A stretch of DNA of 64,000 nucleotides from Alphaproteobacteria bacterium (GCA_963667785.2 CAXXMU010000001.1:1-64000), one strand, 5' to 3'; positions 1 to 9,010 are shown, counted from the first letter of the stretch. Numbers and translations are program-made. The notes: generated from the letters alone by a model not told the origin.

Positions 1-1281
1 TCGGTATCGCCGGTCACGGCCGTGACGTAGACCTGCGACACGTTCGGCGTGGTCTCGGCGTTCGAGACCTGCTCCGCGAACAAGGCCCACGGGATCTTCC
101 TGATTTCAGAGGTGATGCCGATCTCCGCGAAGTTCGCCTGCATGAGCAGCGCGAACCGCTCCTCGAGCGGCACCTCGCCGATCCAGGTGACCTCGAGGAC
201 GAAGTCCTCCGGCGAGTACTTGCAGTCGGCCAGGTGCTGGCGCGCCGCATCGAGATCGCGCGTCTGCGCCTTCTCGCGCGGGTTGGCGCCCAGCATCGCG
301 GCCGGGATCGCGCCGGTGGAGAGTGTCCCCTGCGAGACCTCGTCGGTGACCGCGATGATCTTGACGCCGCCCTCGTAGTCGAAGGCCTTGGCCAGCGCGA
401 GGCGGCAGTGCACGTCGTCGAGCGGCGGCTTGGTCGTGTTCAGCTTCATGTAGAAGCCGGTCACGCCGCCCTCGGTGAGCAGCTGCGCGCCCCCCCCGGA
501 AAGCGCACCGAGCACCTCCGGTGGCACCCACTGCGAGGAGATGTCGTGCTCGCCCTGGGCGATGAGGGTGCGCACCGTGGCCGACTCCAGTCCGTAGCGG
601 AGGCCGCACGGTGTCCGGCGCCGCCTCGGCGATGGGCAGGAAGTAGCCCGCGTTCTTCTCCATCACCGTCTCTTCCTGCGGGTTGTGGGAGACGACGCGA
701 TAGGCGCCGGTGCCGGCCCCGTTGCCCGAAAGGAAGGCCTGGCCCCAGTCCCCCATCTCGCCCTCGCCCTCGCCGAGGTTGGCCATGACGAGCTGCTTGT
801 CGACGATGGGGAGCCGCACCAGCGACGAGACGAAGGGCGCGTAAGGCTGCGAGAGGGTGAAGCGCACGGTGTTCGCGTCCACCGCCTCGGCACCCTCGAC
901 GCTCACGAACAGGTAGGAGAGGCCCTGGCCGATCGTCTGCATGCGGTCGAGCGAGAAGACCACGTCGTCGGCGGTCAGCGGGTTGCCGCTCTGGAACGTC
1001 ACGTCGTCGCGGAGCGTGAAGGTGAAGCTCGTGCCTTCGCCCTCCCAGCTCGCGGCCAGGTGCGGATCGTGGCCGGGCGCGCCCTGCTGCGGGATGACGA
1101 GGGTGTCGTACACGTTGAACATGAGGATGGAATCGGCGTAGTCGGACGCCTTGGCGGGATCCAGCTCGCCGACCGCGACCTCGTCGAGACGCAGCACGCC
1201 GCCGGCCTTGACGATCTGGGGAATGGCCCCGAGCGCCGCCACCAGCGAGGCTGCCGACAGCAGTTTCAGTAGTGTTCTCAT
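1..1281 (-). pseudogene. ABC transporter substrate-binding protein (DppA/OppA family 5), one frameshift near 604, runs off the window start
   Basis: Signal peptide MRTLLKLL..., LDPAKASD...NVYDTLV, FTLRDDVTFQSGNPLTADDVVFSL and GTGAYRV motifs. After ~604 the homologous sequence (LRYGLESATVRTLI...MKLNTTKPPLDDVHCRLALAKAFDY) continues in another frame. May be a sequencing error. Confidence 0.8.
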
Positions 1282-1300
1282 GTCATGGTTCTCCCTGGTC

Positions 1301-1933
1301 TCACTCTTCGATTTCGGCCGCCTGCGGCCGCTTGCTGTGGTCGCCGAAAATGTCCGACGTGCAGACATGCAGGATCACGGCCGTCGCCGTGCCGTGGTTC
1401 CAGCTCGAGTGCCGTTGCGTCGACTTGAAATGGATGGAAGAGCCCGCCTCGAGGATCGTGCTCTTGTCCTCGGTCTCGACGGTAATCGCCCCTTCCAGCA
1501 CGTAGAAGAGCTCCTCGCCCTCGTGGCTGATCCACTCGGAGCGGTGCCCCGGCGGCTTGTGGATGATGACGCTGTTGAGAACGCTGCCGGGAAAGGACGC
1601 CGAGACGCGCTCGTAGCGGAGCGCGTGCTTCTCGATGGCGAAGCTGCGCCGCTCGCCGTGCAGCGTGAAGGGCGCATCGGGGCGGGGCGGGGCGAGGAAC
1701 TCGGTGACGTGGGTGCGCAGCACGCCGGCAATGGCGGCGAGCGACGAGAGCGAGGGCGCGTTCAGCCCGCGTTCGATCTGGGAGATGAAGCCGACCGAGA
1801 GGCCGGCACCGTCGGCGACATCCTTGAGCGTGAGCCCGAGTTGCCGGCGGCGGTCGCGCAGTCGCTTCCCCAGGGGGGCGTCCGTCTCCGCCGGCCGTGC
1901 CGTCCCAGACGTCTCTGCCATTCCCCAGGGCAC
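1301..1933 (-). CDS. XRE-family HTH + cupin transcriptional regulator
   Basis: LGKRLRDRRRQLGLTLKDVADGAGLSVGFISQIERGLNAPSL HTH; HEGEELFYVLEG cupin motif. Start may be slightly downstream. Confidence 0.9.
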   Translation of the reverse strand: MPWGMAETSGTARPAETDAPLGKRLRDRRRQLGLTLKDVADGAGLSVGFISQIERGLNAPSLSSLAAIAGVLRTHVTEFLAPPRPDAPFTLHGERRSFAIEKHALRYERVSASFPGSVLNSVIIHKPPGHRSEWISHEGEELFYVLEGAITVETEDKSTILEAGSSIHFKSTQRHSSWNHGTATAVILHVCTSDIFGDHSKRPQAAEIEE

Positions 1934-2085
1934 CCCTCATTTCACTCTGGGTAAAATCCTGACCCATCGTGCGGAGGCGAGTCAACGGTCTTCGAGGGCG
2001 GCGGCGTGTCGTTGCGGGTATCGACGGTGTGGGGGATTTGAAGGGCGCCTGCCGTGCAACGACAAGCGCCCTGGGACAATCCGGT

Positions 2086-2319
2086 CTACAGCACTTTCCG
2101 ATTTTACCAGATCACTGCGGTCGGAAGACTCCCACCTCCCCCTGTCCCCCTCCCCCGAAGGCGGAGGGGGAACGTAGACGGCGCCGTCCGTTCTCCCTCT
2201 CCGCCCCTGGGGGCGGAGAGGGTCGGGGTGAGGTGGGGGGATTCTCGTGCCTTAGTACACGAGAGAATTGAACCGTGCGCCAACCAGCGCTGATCCCATT
2301 CGCTCGGATAGTACTCTAG
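2086..2319. mobile_element. MITE-like element with imperfect terminal inverted repeats and an internal REP-like double hairpin
   Basis: Left end CTACAGCACTTTCCGA (2086-2101) vs reverse complement of right end CTAGAGTACTATCCGA (2304-2319). Internal GC hairpins at 2130-2245. The right end supplies the dps stop codon. Confidence 0.65.
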
Positions 2320-2810
2320 CGCGGCTCCTGCGCGTGGGCCTCCACCAGCCAGAGGTTCTTGTCGATATCGCGCGAGACCTCGACGAAGAGATCCTCGGTG
2401 TCGGCGTCGCCGGCCTCTCCGGCCTCGGCGATGGCGGCGCCGATGCCCGTGCCGAAGGCGGCGAGCGCTGCGCTGACCGCCTCCACGTGGTCGGCGCCCG
2501 AGTGGATGTCCAGCGGATAGGCGGGGAGCGCGGATGCCGATGCCGCGACCTCTGCCGTGCCGCGCGCGGTGCCGCCGAGCGCGGTGATGCGTTCCGCCAG
2601 GTTGTCGACGTGACCCTGGACGGCGGTGTGGATGCCGTCGAAGAGCTCGTGCAGCGCGATAAAGGAGGGGCCCTTCACGTTCCAGTGCGCCTGCTTCATC
2701 TGGGTGGCTAAGTCGACCGCGTCGGCCAGGCGGGCGTTGAGGAGGCCGACCATCGCCTGGCGCGTGTTGTCGGCGATGTCGATCTTCGTGGGGTGCAGTG
2801 TCTGGGACAT
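2316..2810 (-). CDS. dps: DNA starvation/stationary phase protection protein Dps
   Basis: KQAHWNVKGPSFIALHELFD...DNLAERITALGG...DTEDLFVEVSRDIDKNLWLVEAH ferroxidase signature. Confidence 0.95.
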   Translation of the reverse strand: MSQTLHPTKIDIADNTRQAMVGLLNARLADAVDLATQMKQAHWNVKGPSFIALHELFDGIHTAVQGHVDNLAERITALGGTARGTAEVAASASALPAYPLDIHSGADHVEAVSAALAAFGTGIGAAIAEAGEAGDADTEDLFVEVSRDIDKNLWLVEAHAQEPR

Positions 2811-2993
2811 GACGGCGTACCCTTTCGTTTCCCTGCGCTCGGAGGCTGCCGCCGGATGAGCCGGTCGCCCGATCCTCGTCCGTGGCCGGAGCGGCGACGG
2901 AGGGGCGCCGCCACGGATGATGTGGTCATCGCACGCCGGGCGTGCAACGGCGCAAGACCCGCTCCCCGATCATAGCACTCATGCGGCCGGCGC

Positions 2994-3374
2994 TCAGGGC
3001 GCGCCGCGGACGTAGCGCCGGGCGACGCCGGGGGCGATGGCGAGGCGGGCGGCGACCTCCGCCGGGGTCGCGCCGGCGGCGGCGAGGTGGATGGCGCAGG
3101 CACGCCTGGCGCGGGGCAGGTAGACGCTGCAGCCGCCGAGATAGTCCGCGACCTTGAGCGCGGTCCCTTCCGCCTCCAGCAGGCGGGCGAGCGGGTGATC
3201 CGGATGGCGGGCGAGGTGGCGCGGCTTGGGGATGTGAACCTCGCGGCCGCCCCAGGCCAGCGCCATCCTGATGGCGGTCTCCTTTCCCGCGACGCCGGCG
3301 ATCTCGTCGAGGACGCCGGGAAGGGCGCGGTCACAGGCATTCATGTCAGCGATATCGTCTCTGCCTCGGCTCAC
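2994..3374 (-). CDS. Mor/C-family transcription activator
   Basis: LPGVLDEIAGVAGKETAIRMALAWGGREVHIPK...LGGCSVYLPR plus C-terminal HTH; last gene of the early operon. Start may be 3344. Confidence 0.8.
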   Translation of the reverse strand: MSRGRDDIADMNACDRALPGVLDEIAGVAGKETAIRMALAWGGREVHIPKPRHLARHPDHPLARLLEAEGTALKVADYLGGCSVYLPRARRACAIHLAAAGATPAEVAARLAIAPGVARRYVRGAP

Positions 3375-3419
3375 GTGCGCGCCCGCTCGTGCCGTCCCCG
3401 TCCCGGACGGTCGAGGCGG

Positions 3420-4148
3420 TCACTCACCGGTCGAGGCGAACGGATGGGGGTACGCCGCGGGTCGCGCTTCGCGACGGCCGAGCCGCTTCCTGCGCTTCTT
3501 CCAGGGGGCTTCGGCCGTCTTCGTCCCGTCTCCGTGGCGGGCTTCGAGCGCTGCCCGCAGCCGCTTGCCGAGGTGGCGGATCAGCGCGTCGGCCTGAGAA
3601 TCGGTGAGCGCGAGGTGCGAATCGAGGCGCTCGAGGCCGGCGTGGCGGGCGGCATAGGCGCCAAGCGCGGCGACGCTGCCGATGCGAACCAGACCGCGGC
3701 GGTGGAGCAGGCGCCACTGCGCCTCCAGCACCCGGGCGCGGGGGTGGCGCGTCTCCCGCACCCGGCCGTCGCGGCCGAGGGAGAGGTGCGGCCGCCAGTC
3801 CACGCCTGCGGCACGTGCGAGCCAGGCCTCGAGCGCGCGGGCGGCGCCGGCGAGATCGGCGGACGCCGCGCCGGTATCGGTGTCGAGGCCTGTCCGGCGG
3901 CTGACCCACTCCCCGAGCGCCTCGTCCGAGCGCTCGCGTGCGATACCCAGATGGAAGGCGCTGATCCAGAGCGCCCGCAGCTTGCGCGTGGCCGGCCCTG
4001 CGGGGAGGGCCGGGCCGTCAGGCCCGGACGGCGCGACTGCGCGTCGCACGTCCACGTGCGCAGGCGCACGATGCGCCGATAGGCGCGTAGCCAAGCTCGC
4101 GGAGCGAGCGCCCGGCGCCTGAGGGATATGAATGAGTCGTTCCGTCAT
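3420..4148 (-). CDS. Mu GemA/gp16-like regulatory protein; N-terminus contains an in-frame repeat
   Basis: RKLRALWISAFHLGIARERSDEALGEWVSRRTG...ALEAWLAR motif; sits between gam and mor. Confidence 0.75.
   Translation of the reverse strand: MTERLIHIPQAPGARSASLATRLSAHRAPAHVDVRRAVAPSGPDGPALPAGPATRKLRALWISAFHLGIARERSDEALGEWVSRRTGLDTDTGAASADLAGAARALEAWLARAAGVDWRPHLSLGRDGRVRETRHPRARVLEAQWRLLHRRGLVRIGSVAALGAYAARHAGLERLDSHLALTDSQADALIRHLGKRLRAALEARHGDGTKTAEAPWKKRRKRLGRREARPAAYPHPFASTGE
4006..4126 (-). repeat. Repeat family B copy inside the gemA 5' region
   Basis: TCCCTCAGGCGCCGGGCGCTCGCTCCGCGAGCTTGGCT...TCGCGCCGTCCGGGCCTGACGGCCCGGCCCT matches 19889-19980. Confidence 0.8.
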
Positions 4149-4690
4149 GCCGCTTCCGCCGGGCTTGTATCGTCGAGCAGGGCGACGAGGATGCCGTCGA
4201 GCTCGCTCCGGGCCGTCGCGATGGTCACCTCGTCCGTCGCCCTCTCGACGGTAACGCCGATCTGCGCGAGCTCCGCGGCGGTGAGCTTGCGCAGCGCCTG
4301 GCGGTCGAGCGTCTCCCGCACCCGGATCAGCGCCTCGGCCCGCTCGGGGAAGCGCGCGCGAAGCCGCCTGATCGCCTGCGCCTCGTCGCCGAGCGCGACG
4401 GCGCCCGGCTGCTTGCGCAGGCCGAACCTGACGCCGTCGATGGCCACCGAGCGCGGGCGGACGAAAAGATCGGGCCGGGCCCGGATCGCCTCGCGCAGCG
4501 CCTCCTCGGCCGCCGCCTGCTCGGCAACGCGGCTGCGGAGCGCACGCAGCCTGCCGCTGAGCGCCTTGCGCTGCAGCGCCCGGATGTCGTCCGCCAGCGC
4601 CTCCGTCGCCTCCCGCGCGGCCGCGAAGACCCGGGCGAGGGCGACGATCTCCTGCATGGAGTCCGGCAACTGCGGAGCCGGTCGAGTCAT
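4145..4690 (-). CDS. Mu Gam-like DNA end-binding / host-nuclease inhibitor protein
   Basis: Coiled coil followed by LFVRPRSVAIDGVRFGLRKQPG...LIRVRETLDRQALRKL; AAGGAGGA RBS upstream. Confidence 0.75.
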   Translation of the reverse strand: MTRPAPQLPDSMQEIVALARVFAAAREATEALADDIRALQRKALSGRLRALRSRVAEQAAAEEALREAIRARPDLFVRPRSVAIDGVRFGLRKQPGAVALGDEAQAIRRLRARFPERAEALIRVRETLDRQALRKLTAAELAQIGVTVERATDEVTIATARSELDGILVALLDDTSPAEAA

Positions 4691-4739
4691 CTGATCCTCC
4701 TTCTCGCGCCTCGCGTTCCCGAGGGCCGGTGCGGACCGG

Positions 4740-5000
4740 TCATGCCGCGCCCCGGTCGTCGTCGGCGCGCGCGGCCGGGCGGGGAATGCCGGCGGGCCAG
4801 GGGAGGCCGGCGGGCCAGCGCTCGGACGCGCGGCCCAGGATGGCCTCGGCCCGGCGCGCGGTGACGCTCATCCCGGCAGCGATGCGGTCCACCGTGTCGC
4901 CGCTGCCGGTGAGTAGGCGCGAGGCGTAGGAGACGGAGATGCCGCGGGCCGCCGCATATGTGCGGATGAGGGTGACGAGGAGTTGATCGCTGTGCACCAT
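4740..5000 (-). CDS. Cro/Ner-like small HTH regulator (86 aa)
   Basis: MVHSDQLLVTLIRTYAAARGISVSYASRLLTGSG...WPAGLPWPAGIPRP; divergent from the cI-like gene across a 74-bp AT-rich gap. Confidence 0.75.
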   Translation of the reverse strand: MVHSDQLLVTLIRTYAAARGISVSYASRLLTGSGDTVDRIAAGMSVTARRAEAILGRASERWPAGLPWPAGIPRPAARADDDRGAA

Positions 5001-5075
5001 TAAACATATATGCACGATAACGCATAGACGAATCAAGCACTTTTCTGCACGATCGTTTGTGCTATATTGTGCACA
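4991..5075. promoter_or_regulatory. cI/cro switch region with three 18-bp imperfect palindromic operators
   Basis: TGTGCACCATTAAACATA (4991-5008), TATGCACGATAACGCATA (5009-5026), TGTGCTATATTGTGCACA (5058-5075). Confidence 0.7.
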
Positions 5076-5998
5076 TGTCGAGTCGGACCCGACCGAGCGA
5101 GCAGATCCGCCGCGCCGTGCGCGACGCGCTGGAGGCGGCGGGCGTGGGCGCGCGGCGCTTCGAGGCCGCGCATGGTCTGCGGCCCTGGGCGCTGCGCGGC
5201 ATTCTCGACCCGACCCGCCGGCAGGCGCCGTCGGTGGACCGTGCGGCCGAGATCTGCGCCGCTCTCGGGCTCTCGCTTTCCATCGGCCCGCCCGGGGAGG
5301 CGCGCGCATCCGCTCCGTCACCCCTGCCGCCCGCAACCGGCGTGAGGGCGTTGCACGAGCCCCGCGTCGACGATCCGTCCGGCGCTCCGCCCAAGGCGGG
5401 TGCTGCCGCGCGAGGCGGCCTCTCGCCCGCCGCGCTGCGCGATCTGGAGGCGGGCGCGCAGGCCCTGAACCGGCTCGTCACCGGTGCCGGCGGCGATCCG
5501 ATTCCGGACGAGCTGCGGACGGCGCCGGGTGCCAGCTTCGGCGGTTCCGACGCGCGGCCGGTCGCGGCGGCGAACGAGGACAGCGTGCCCCCCGCCGCAC
5601 GCTCGGTGGGGACGCGCGAGGTCGAGGCTGCGGCCGGCGGCGGGGCGGTCAATCTCGACGAGGCGCCGGTCAAGGGGCCGGTCTGGTTCAGGCGCGACTG
5701 GCTCGACGACCACGGCATGGACCCGACACGCTGTGTGGTAATTTCCGTGCGGGGCGAATCCATGGAGCCGACCCTGCCCGCCGGCACCAAGATCCTGGTG
5801 GATCGGGATCGCACCCGTCGCCGCGCCGGGCGCATCTTCGTCGTCAGCACCGGCGAGGGCCTGGTGGTCAAGCGGCTGGACCGGCGCGGGCGGCAGTGGT
5901 TTCTTGTCAGCGATCACCCGTCCTGGGCGGAGGTTCCCTGGCCGCGCGAGGCGGAGGTGATCGGCGAGGTGCGCTGGGCCTCCCGCACCTTCGAATGA
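5075..5998 (+). CDS. CI/LexA-like repressor, N-terminal HTH + S24 autopeptidase
   Basis: APSVDRAAEICAALG HTH; AAAGGG cleavage-site region; VRGESMEP (catalytic Ser) and VVKRL (Lys) intact. Confidence 0.9.
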   Translation: MSSRTRPSEQIRRAVRDALEAAGVGARRFEAAHGLRPWALRGILDPTRRQAPSVDRAAEICAALGLSLSIGPPGEARASAPSPLPPATGVRALHEPRVDDPSGAPPKAGAAARGGLSPAALRDLEAGAQALNRLVTGAGGDPIPDELRTAPGASFGGSDARPVAAANEDSVPPAARSVGTREVEAAAGGGAVNLDEAPVKGPVWFRRDWLDDHGMDPTRCVVISVRGESMEPTLPAGTKILVDRDRTRRRAGRIFVVSTGEGLVVKRLDRRGRQWFLVSDHPSWAEVPWPREAEVIGEVRWASRTFE

Positions 5999-6033
5999 GC
6001 CGGCGCGGGCCGGCATCGGCAGGGAGGAGCGCC

Positions 6034-6597
6034 ATGCGAGCATTGATCGTCGGCGTCGCGCTCGCCGCACTCGCCGCCTGCGCCGCGCCCACCCACATCG
6101 AGGGCCACCGCATACGCGCGGTCGAAGGGCCCGGCGCCGGGCCGGCGCTGCGTGCCGACGATCTGCACGCAGGCGCGCCGGCGTGGTTCGCGGACTGGTG
6201 GGCCAAGTATCTGCGCCAGGCGCGGCGCGGCTATGCCGTGCTCGCCCTCGACCGCAATGGGCTGGGCGGCTGGTACGTCTACTGCGCTCCCGGCCGCTGC
6301 CAGAGCCTGGCCAATCCCTGGTCCCGCTCGGTCAAGGACGTCTACTACAAGCACCACGCTCTCCAGCTCTGCCGTGCGGAGGTCGCGGCGGCTCATCCCG
6401 GCGCCCGGCCCGACTGCGCCCTCTACGCGATCAGGTCGAACATCGTCTGGCAGGGTCCGCCCCCCTGGGAGGGCGCCGGCGCGCTCGCGGCGAGCACGGG
6501 GGCGCGCCCGGCGCTGGGCTCGACCTACCAGACGGACGGCGACGGCCTGGAAATCGGTCTGTTCGGCCTCAACTTCATCTTCGGAATCGACCCGTAG
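6034..6597 (+). CDS. Hypothetical lipoprotein downstream of the repressor
   Basis: GGGAGGAG RBS; MRALIVGVALAALAAC lipobox; several Cys. Confidence 0.7.
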   Translation: MRALIVGVALAALAACAAPTHIEGHRIRAVEGPGAGPALRADDLHAGAPAWFADWWAKYLRQARRGYAVLALDRNGLGGWYVYCAPGRCQSLANPWSRSVKDVYYKHHALQLCRAEVAAAHPGARPDCALYAIRSNIVWQGPPPWEGAGALAASTGARPALGSTYQTDGDGLEIGLFGLNFIFGIDP

Positions 6598-6623
6598 CGA
6601 CGCCGGCGCGCCGGCGGTTCCGG

Positions 6624-6676
6624 CGCACCATGGTCCGGTGGCCGGCGCCGGCGCTCGCCGGCACCATGGCGCCATG
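6624..6676 (+). promoter_or_regulatory. Putative late promoter 1 (activator box + -10)
   Basis: CGCACCATGGTCCG box, then GGCA 25 nt after the ACCATGGT core, then GCGCCATG; same layout as 10155-10208. Confidence 0.6.
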
Positions 6677-6750
6677 CGTCACGCGTCGGCCGGCAAGCAC
6701 GCCCGTCTCCGCTCTCGGCGGCCGCAGGGGCCGCGGCAGGGCAGGGGACG

Positions 6751-8103
6751 ATGAGCGGGTACACCCTGCTTCCCTATCAGGCACGCTGGGTCTCGGACGG
6801 CGCCGGGTTCAAGGTGATCGAGAAGGCGCGCCGTATCGGCATCTCCTGGGCCGAGGCCTACGGCGCCGTGGTGCACGCGGGCAATCGCGGCGGCGGCAAC
6901 GTCTACTACCAGGCCTACAACCTGGAGATGACGCGCGGCTTCATCGAGGACTGCGCCCGCTGGGCGAAGGCGCTGGAGATCGGCGCCACCCGCCTCGGCG
7001 AGACCCTGATCGCGGATGGCCCGCGCGGCCTCCGGGCCTTCCGCATCGCGCTGGCCTCGGGCCGCGAGATCCTCGCCATGACGAGCACGCCCCGGGCCTT
7101 CCGCTCCAGAGGCCGGCCCGGCGACCTCGCCATCGTCGACGAGGCGGCCTTCGTCGACGATCTCGGCCAGGTGCTCAAGGCGGCGATGGCGTTCCGGGTC
7201 TGGGGCGGGCGGGCGCACGTCATCAGCACCCACAACGGCGAGGCCAACCCCTTCGCAGTCCTCTGCGGCGACCTGCGCGAGGGCAGGCGGCCAGGCACGC
7301 TCCACCGCGTCACGCTGAAGGAGGCGCTGGCCGAGGGCCTCTTCCGCCGCATCTGCGAGGAGAGAGCGCAGCCCTGGTCCGCAGGCGCCGAAGCCGCGTG
7401 GGAGGCGGCGCTCAGGACGGAATACGGAACCCATGCGGGCGAGGAGCTCGACTGCATTCCCGCTGCTGGTGCCGGCGCCTGGCTCGGCTGGGACGCGATC
7501 CGCACCTGCGAGCATGCGGCGGCGGGCGATCCCGCCGCCTTCGCCGGCGGCACCGCGACCATCGGCGTGGACGTGGCGCGGCGCCGCGATCTCTGGGTGG
7601 CGGCCGTGCTCGAGCAGGTGGGCGACGTGCTGTGGCTGCGCGAGCTGGTGACCCGACGCGCCATTCCCTTCAGCGCGCAGCGGGCGCTGGTCGGCGCGCT
7701 CGCCGCCCGCTACCGCCCGGCGCGCATCGCCGTCGATCAGACCGGCATGGGCGAGGCGGTGGTGGAGCAGCTTCAGGAGGAGCTCGGCAGCGCAACGGTC
7801 GACGGCGTGCTGATGACCGGGCCGCGCCGTCTCGACGCGGCGACGGCGCTGCGCGAGGCGGTGGAGGACCGCAGGCTGCGCCTCCCGGCGGACGCCGATC
7901 TCAGGCGCGACCTGCATGCGGTCCGCGCCGAAGCGGGGCCGACGGGCGCGCCCCGGCTGATGGCGGAGCGTTCCGCCACGGACGGCCATGCCGATCGCTT
8001 CTGGGCGCTCGCGCTCGCCTGCGCCGCCGCCCGCACCGGCAGCCCGAGGGTCGAAGGCATCGCCGCCCGCCGCCGTGCGAGCGGGCTCGTCGACTTCTTC
8101 TGA
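6751..8103 (+). CDS. Terminase large subunit, Mu gp28 type
   Basis: LLPYQ, EKARRIGISW (Walker A), IVDEAAF (Walker B), ISTHNG, IGVDVAR, VDQTGMG, HADRFWALALA all intact. Confidence 0.93.
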   Translation: MSGYTLLPYQARWVSDGAGFKVIEKARRIGISWAEAYGAVVHAGNRGGGNVYYQAYNLEMTRGFIEDCARWAKALEIGATRLGETLIADGPRGLRAFRIALASGREILAMTSTPRAFRSRGRPGDLAIVDEAAFVDDLGQVLKAAMAFRVWGGRAHVISTHNGEANPFAVLCGDLREGRRPGTLHRVTLKEALAEGLFRRICEERAQPWSAGAEAAWEAALRTEYGTHAGEELDCIPAAGAGAWLGWDAIRTCEHAAAGDPAAFAGGTATIGVDVARRRDLWVAAVLEQVGDVLWLRELVTRRAIPFSAQRALVGALAARYRPARIAVDQTGMGEAVVEQLQEELGSATVDGVLMTGPRRLDAATALREAVEDRRLRLPADADLRRDLHAVRAEAGPTGAPRLMAERSATDGHADRFWALALACAAARTGSPRVEGIAARRRASGLVDFF

Positions 8104-8122
8104 GAGAGGGTTGTCGGTCGCC

Positions 8123-9010
8123 TCAGCGATCGGCGAGGAAGGCCAGGATCTCCCGAACCGTATCCTCGGGCGCTTCCTCGGGCAGGAAGTGGCCGCAGGG
8201 CAGCGCGCGGCCCTGCACGTCCTCGGCGCGCTCGCGCCAGCTCTCCAGCACGTCGAGGGACCCGCCGGTCTGCCAGCCCGGCCGCCGGGCCATGTCGCCT
8301 GCCCAGAGCACCAGCATCGGGCAGGCGATACGCCGGCCCCGGTCCGCCTCGTCGTGGACGAGATCGAGCTGGATGGCGCGGTAGTCCAGGCACATGCAGC
8401 GCAGCGTCTCGGGATCGCTGAAGCAGCGGAGATAGTCGGCGTAGGCCTCGGGCGTGATCGCGCCGGCGACGGCGCACCACTGCGCCAGCAGGAAGTCCAG
8501 GAAGAGCTTGGGGCTGTTGCCGATCAGAGTCTCCGGGAAGGGCGCCGGCTGGCGCATCAGGTGCCAGTGGAAGAACGAGAACGCGAGGTCGCGGTCCATG
8601 TTCTCGAAGACCGCCTGGGAGGCCACCACGTCGAGCGAGGTGAAGGTGCGGACTTGCGCGGGATGGTCGAGCGCCATGCGATGGCCCACGCGGGCGCCGC
8701 GGTCGTGGCCGACGACGTGGAAGCGATCGAAGCCCAGCGCCGCCATCACCTCCACCTGGTCCCGCGCCGAGGCGCGCTTGCAGTGGTCCTCCAGCTCGTC
8801 GGAGGCCGGCTTGCTGCTGTCGCCGTAGCCGCGCAGGTCGGGCGCCACGACCGTGTAGTGCGCGGCGAGAGCGGGCGCCGCCTTGTGCCACATCACGTGG
8901 TTCTGCGGATAGCCGTGGAGCAGGAGGAGCGGCGGGCCCGCGCCGCCGGTCACCAGGTTGATGGCGGCGGACGAGGTCTCGATGCGGGTTCCGGTGAAGC
9001 CTTCGAACAT
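8123..9010 (-). CDS. Alpha/beta hydrolase, haloacetate/fluoroacetate dehalogenase family
   Basis: LLLHGYPQNHVMWH, PDLRGYGDSSKP, VGHDRGARVGHR, CGHFLPEEAP. Confidence 0.9.
   Translation of the reverse strand: MFEGFTGTRIETSSAAINLVTGGAGPPLLLLHGYPQNHVMWHKAAPALAAHYTVVAPDLRGYGDSSKPASDELEDHCKRASARDQVEVMAALGFDRFHVVGHDRGARVGHRMALDHPAQVRTFTSLDVVASQAVFENMDRDLAFSFFHWHLMRQPAPFPETLIGNSPKLFLDFLLAQWCAVAGAITPEAYADYLRCFSDPETLRCMCLDYRAIQLDLVHDEADRGRRIACPMLVLWAGDMARRPGWQTGGSLDVLESWRERAEDVQGRALPCGHFLPEEAPEDTVREILAFLADR

Noticed and set aside
2316-2810. Dps as encapsulin-like cargo of the portal-less capsid
   Set aside because: It looks like an ordinary Dps with no targeting extension, lies outside the late operons, and the capsid sits in a normal phage head-tail context. 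Adjacency alone is insufficient.
2811-2993. Mu-type left end (TG...CA) or att site
   Set aside because: No convincing transposase-binding repeats or target duplication matching 27245-27480 seen by eye.
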